Positions 62,550 to 64,000 of a stretch of DNA of 64,000 nucleotides are shown piece by piece. The DNA lies in assembly GCA_030750765.1 (NCBI GenBank), contig JASMHM010000004.1, positions 3,013 through 67,012 of the forward strand, in the 5' to 3' direction. The position numbers and the translations under genes are program-made. The notes under the pieces were generated by a model. That model saw only the letters and a program-made list of their open reading frames with translations, was not told the DNA's origin and searched no databases. How positions within the stretch are numbered: the first letter of the stretch is position 1; the number at the start of each line of letters is the position of its first letter. This stretch comes from Candidatus Woesearchaeota archaeon (GTDB lineage: Archaea; Nanobdellota; Nanobdellia; Woesearchaeales; ARS49).

Positions 62550-63688
62550 TCCTCTTTCTTCTGCTTCTGGCTTAAGTCTTGCAATACGTTCATGAAAGCG
62601 ATATACCCCTCATAGGGGCTGTCGTAGGGGTTGAAGTATTTATGAACATCGCCATCGTTGAACCATTTGGTGCACATGTAGTAGAAATGATCAGACGTGG
62701 TGAGCTTTCTCCAGTCTTCCAAGGCCTTGCCGGAAAGGTTGTCTTTGAGCGCGTACAGTTGTTTGAGTGCAGAATCTTGGAGTTTGTTGCCCGTCCATGC
62801 AGAAAGATCTCGTTCCACGTCTGCCCAGCTCACAAATTTGGGCATGTCTACAGTAGCTTTTGGCTTTTGCTTCAACGCTTCCGTTGGTGAGATGAACGAC
62901 ATGCCTTTGTCTTGCAACGCTTTGGGTAATTGTTCCAAGAACGCGAAGATTCCTGTGTCTTCCCATTGGTGTTCGCCAAAGGTTTCATAATCCATGAAGA
63001 GGTTGACAACATCCCCTTGTGCTTGACTCATCCAATCCCCGTATTTTTCTACAGTCAACGGATGTTCTTTCCAGCTCTTGTTAGAAAAGCGGAATGCGAT
63101 ATCGTCGGATAACTTGTAGTTCTTCAACAGCAAAGGCATTCCTTTGGGGCTTTGGTAGACGTAGTTGGGGCTTCTCCAGTCCAAGACGTGGTCGGCACCC
63201 TCTGCTAGCACGCCCTTAAAACCTAGGCGTTGGGCGTGCGCTGCGACTTCGTTGTTGTAGATCAATTCTGTATTACGGAGTATGGTGGGTTGTTGCTTGA
63301 AGTGTTTCTTGATGGCTTTGGCGTGCAAGCCCACTTGGTGGTCGAACTCTTGGCGGTCGTACAAGAATGCCAAGGAATGGTGATAGGTTTCGGATAAGAA
63401 TTCTACGTTGCCCGTGTCTGCCAGTTTTTGAAAGGATTGTAGTACTTCTTTGGGAAACTGTTCTAATGCAGTACCGGTGATGGAGTACGCAAAGCGAATA
63501 CCGTGTTGTTTGATGAGCTTGAGTAATAATTTGTTTGTGGGCAGGTAGCACTTTTTTGCTACCTTATCCATGACTTCTTTGTTGAGCTTGTCATCAAAGT
63601 ACTTGTCGTGCTTGCCCACGTCAAAAACAGTGTAGTTTTTGTTTATCCTGAACGGTTGGTGGACTTGGAAGTAGCAGCATACGTTCAT
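62534..63688 (-). CDS. glycoside hydrolase family 57 (alpha-glucan-active enzyme)
   Basis: N-terminal YFQVHQPFR and DYETFGEHQW-type motifs characteristic of GH57. Confidence 0.7.
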   Translation of the reverse strand: MNVCCYFQVHQPFRINKNYTVFDVGKHDKYFDDKLNKEVMDKVAKKCYLPTNKLLLKLIKQHGIRFAYSITGTALEQFPKEVLQSFQKLADTGNVEFLSETYHHSLAFLYDRQEFDHQVGLHAKAIKKHFKQQPTILRNTELIYNNEVAAHAQRLGFKGVLAEGADHVLDWRSPNYVYQSPKGMPLLLKNYKLSDDIAFRFSNKSWKEHPLTVEKYGDWMSQAQGDVVNLFMDYETFGEHQWEDTGIFAFLEQLPKALQDKGMSFISPTEALKQKPKATVDMPKFVSWADVERDLSAWTGNKLQDSALKQLYALKDNLSGKALEDWRKLTTSDHFYYMCTKWFNDGDVHKYFNPYDSPYEGYIAFMNVLQDLSQKQKKEEWITV

Positions 63689-64000
63689 GAGAGCACCTTC
63701 TTGTACACGTTTATTACCTTTTTGGCTGGTTCTTGCAAACCGAAGCGTTTGATCTCTTGTTTGCCGTTTGTTTTGATCTCGTCTAACACCACGTTATGCT
63801 GGAGGCTGGAGAGGATGAGGTTGGCCATTCTGTCCACGTCCCAGAAGTCTGTTTTCATGCAGTGGTGCATGACTTCTGCTACCCCGCTTTGGTTGCTGAT
63901 GATGGCTGGCGTTCCATTATGCATGGCTTCTAGGGCTACTAACCCGAAAGGTTCGGAAACTGAGGGCATGACGAAGAGGTCTGCCATGCTGAATGCTTTG
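63685..64000 (-). CDS. glycosyltransferase (GT4/GT5-like) C-terminal part; N-terminus lies beyond the window end
   Basis: …FVMPSVSEPFGLVALEAMHNGTPAI… . 4-nt overlap with the GH57 gene, so an alpha-glucan metabolism operon. Confidence 0.65.
   Translation of the reverse strand, partial: KAFSMADLFVMPSVSEPFGLVALEAMHNGTPAIISNQSGVAEVMHHCMKTDFWDVDRMANLILSSLQHNVVLDEIKTNGKQEIKRFGLQEPAKKVINVYKKVLS

Noticed and set aside
1-64000. Diversity-generating retroelement or other reverse-transcriptase-based system (considered because DPANN archaea often carry DGRs)
   Set aside because: No ORF with RT motifs (YxDD and flanking blocks) was seen in any frame of the ORF track.

Overview
This window looks like a gene-dense stretch of an archaeal chromosome, probably from a small-genome, DPANN-like lineage. 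The housekeeping genes fit that call: aIF5B, Orc1/Cdc6, SMC, RNase HII, r-proteins S8e and L35Ae, an initiator tRNA with an A1:U72 pair, and a recurring CCTTTTTAAAC BRE/TATA box about 20-27 bp upstream of start codons and tRNAs, implying mostly leaderless transcripts. The protein-coding calls include a 5'-partial DRG-family GTPase, aIF5B, a short AlaRS without the C-Ala domain, CTP synthase, an Nre-like protein, a DHH/DHHA1 phosphoesterase, a PIG-L deacetylase plus GT4 glycosyltransferase pair, SMC, RNase HII, a ClpX-like AAA+ ATPase, a transglutaminase-like secreted protein, an aspartokinase carrying an in-frame TAG, a PIN-ATPase-KH protein, SerRS, Orc1/Cdc6, a TA-like pair, a solo substrate-binding protein, TrmB, TatD, a Na+/Ca2+ exchanger, a COG2263 RNA methylase, PAC2, L35Ae, LD-carboxypeptidase, a Cas4-like nuclease, S8e, GH57 and a partial glycosyltransferase. 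There are four tRNAs (Gly-TCC, initiator Met-CAT, Ser-GCT, Val-CAC) and no rRNA or CRISPR array. The most unusual locus spans about 46.5-51.2 kb. Two long non-coding segments (about 0.8 and 1.15 kb, anomalous for this genome) carry T/G strand skew, ~11-bp phased T-tracts, iteron-like TCAACGCTCACTTTTT repeats, a TCATTCCCA array and a 16-bp perfect palindrome. They flank three winged-helix protein genes and are followed by a tandem array of three divergent paralogous small genes; I read this as a candidate integrated replicon or accessory element of unknown function. A second candidate is a small regulon at 57.1-59.9 kb, where three copies of the near-palindrome CCGGAAAGTTTCCGG sit in the promoters of two wHTH regulators, an LD-carboxypeptidase and an orphan Cas4-like nuclease. 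Other points: a 19-bp ORB-like inverted repeat pair (35.0 kb, next to orc1/cdc6, and 57.9 kb), an in-frame amber codon in the aspartokinase, and a ClpX-like unfoldase with an IGF loop but no ClpP. All functional calls come from by-eye motif recognition and need database confirmation.
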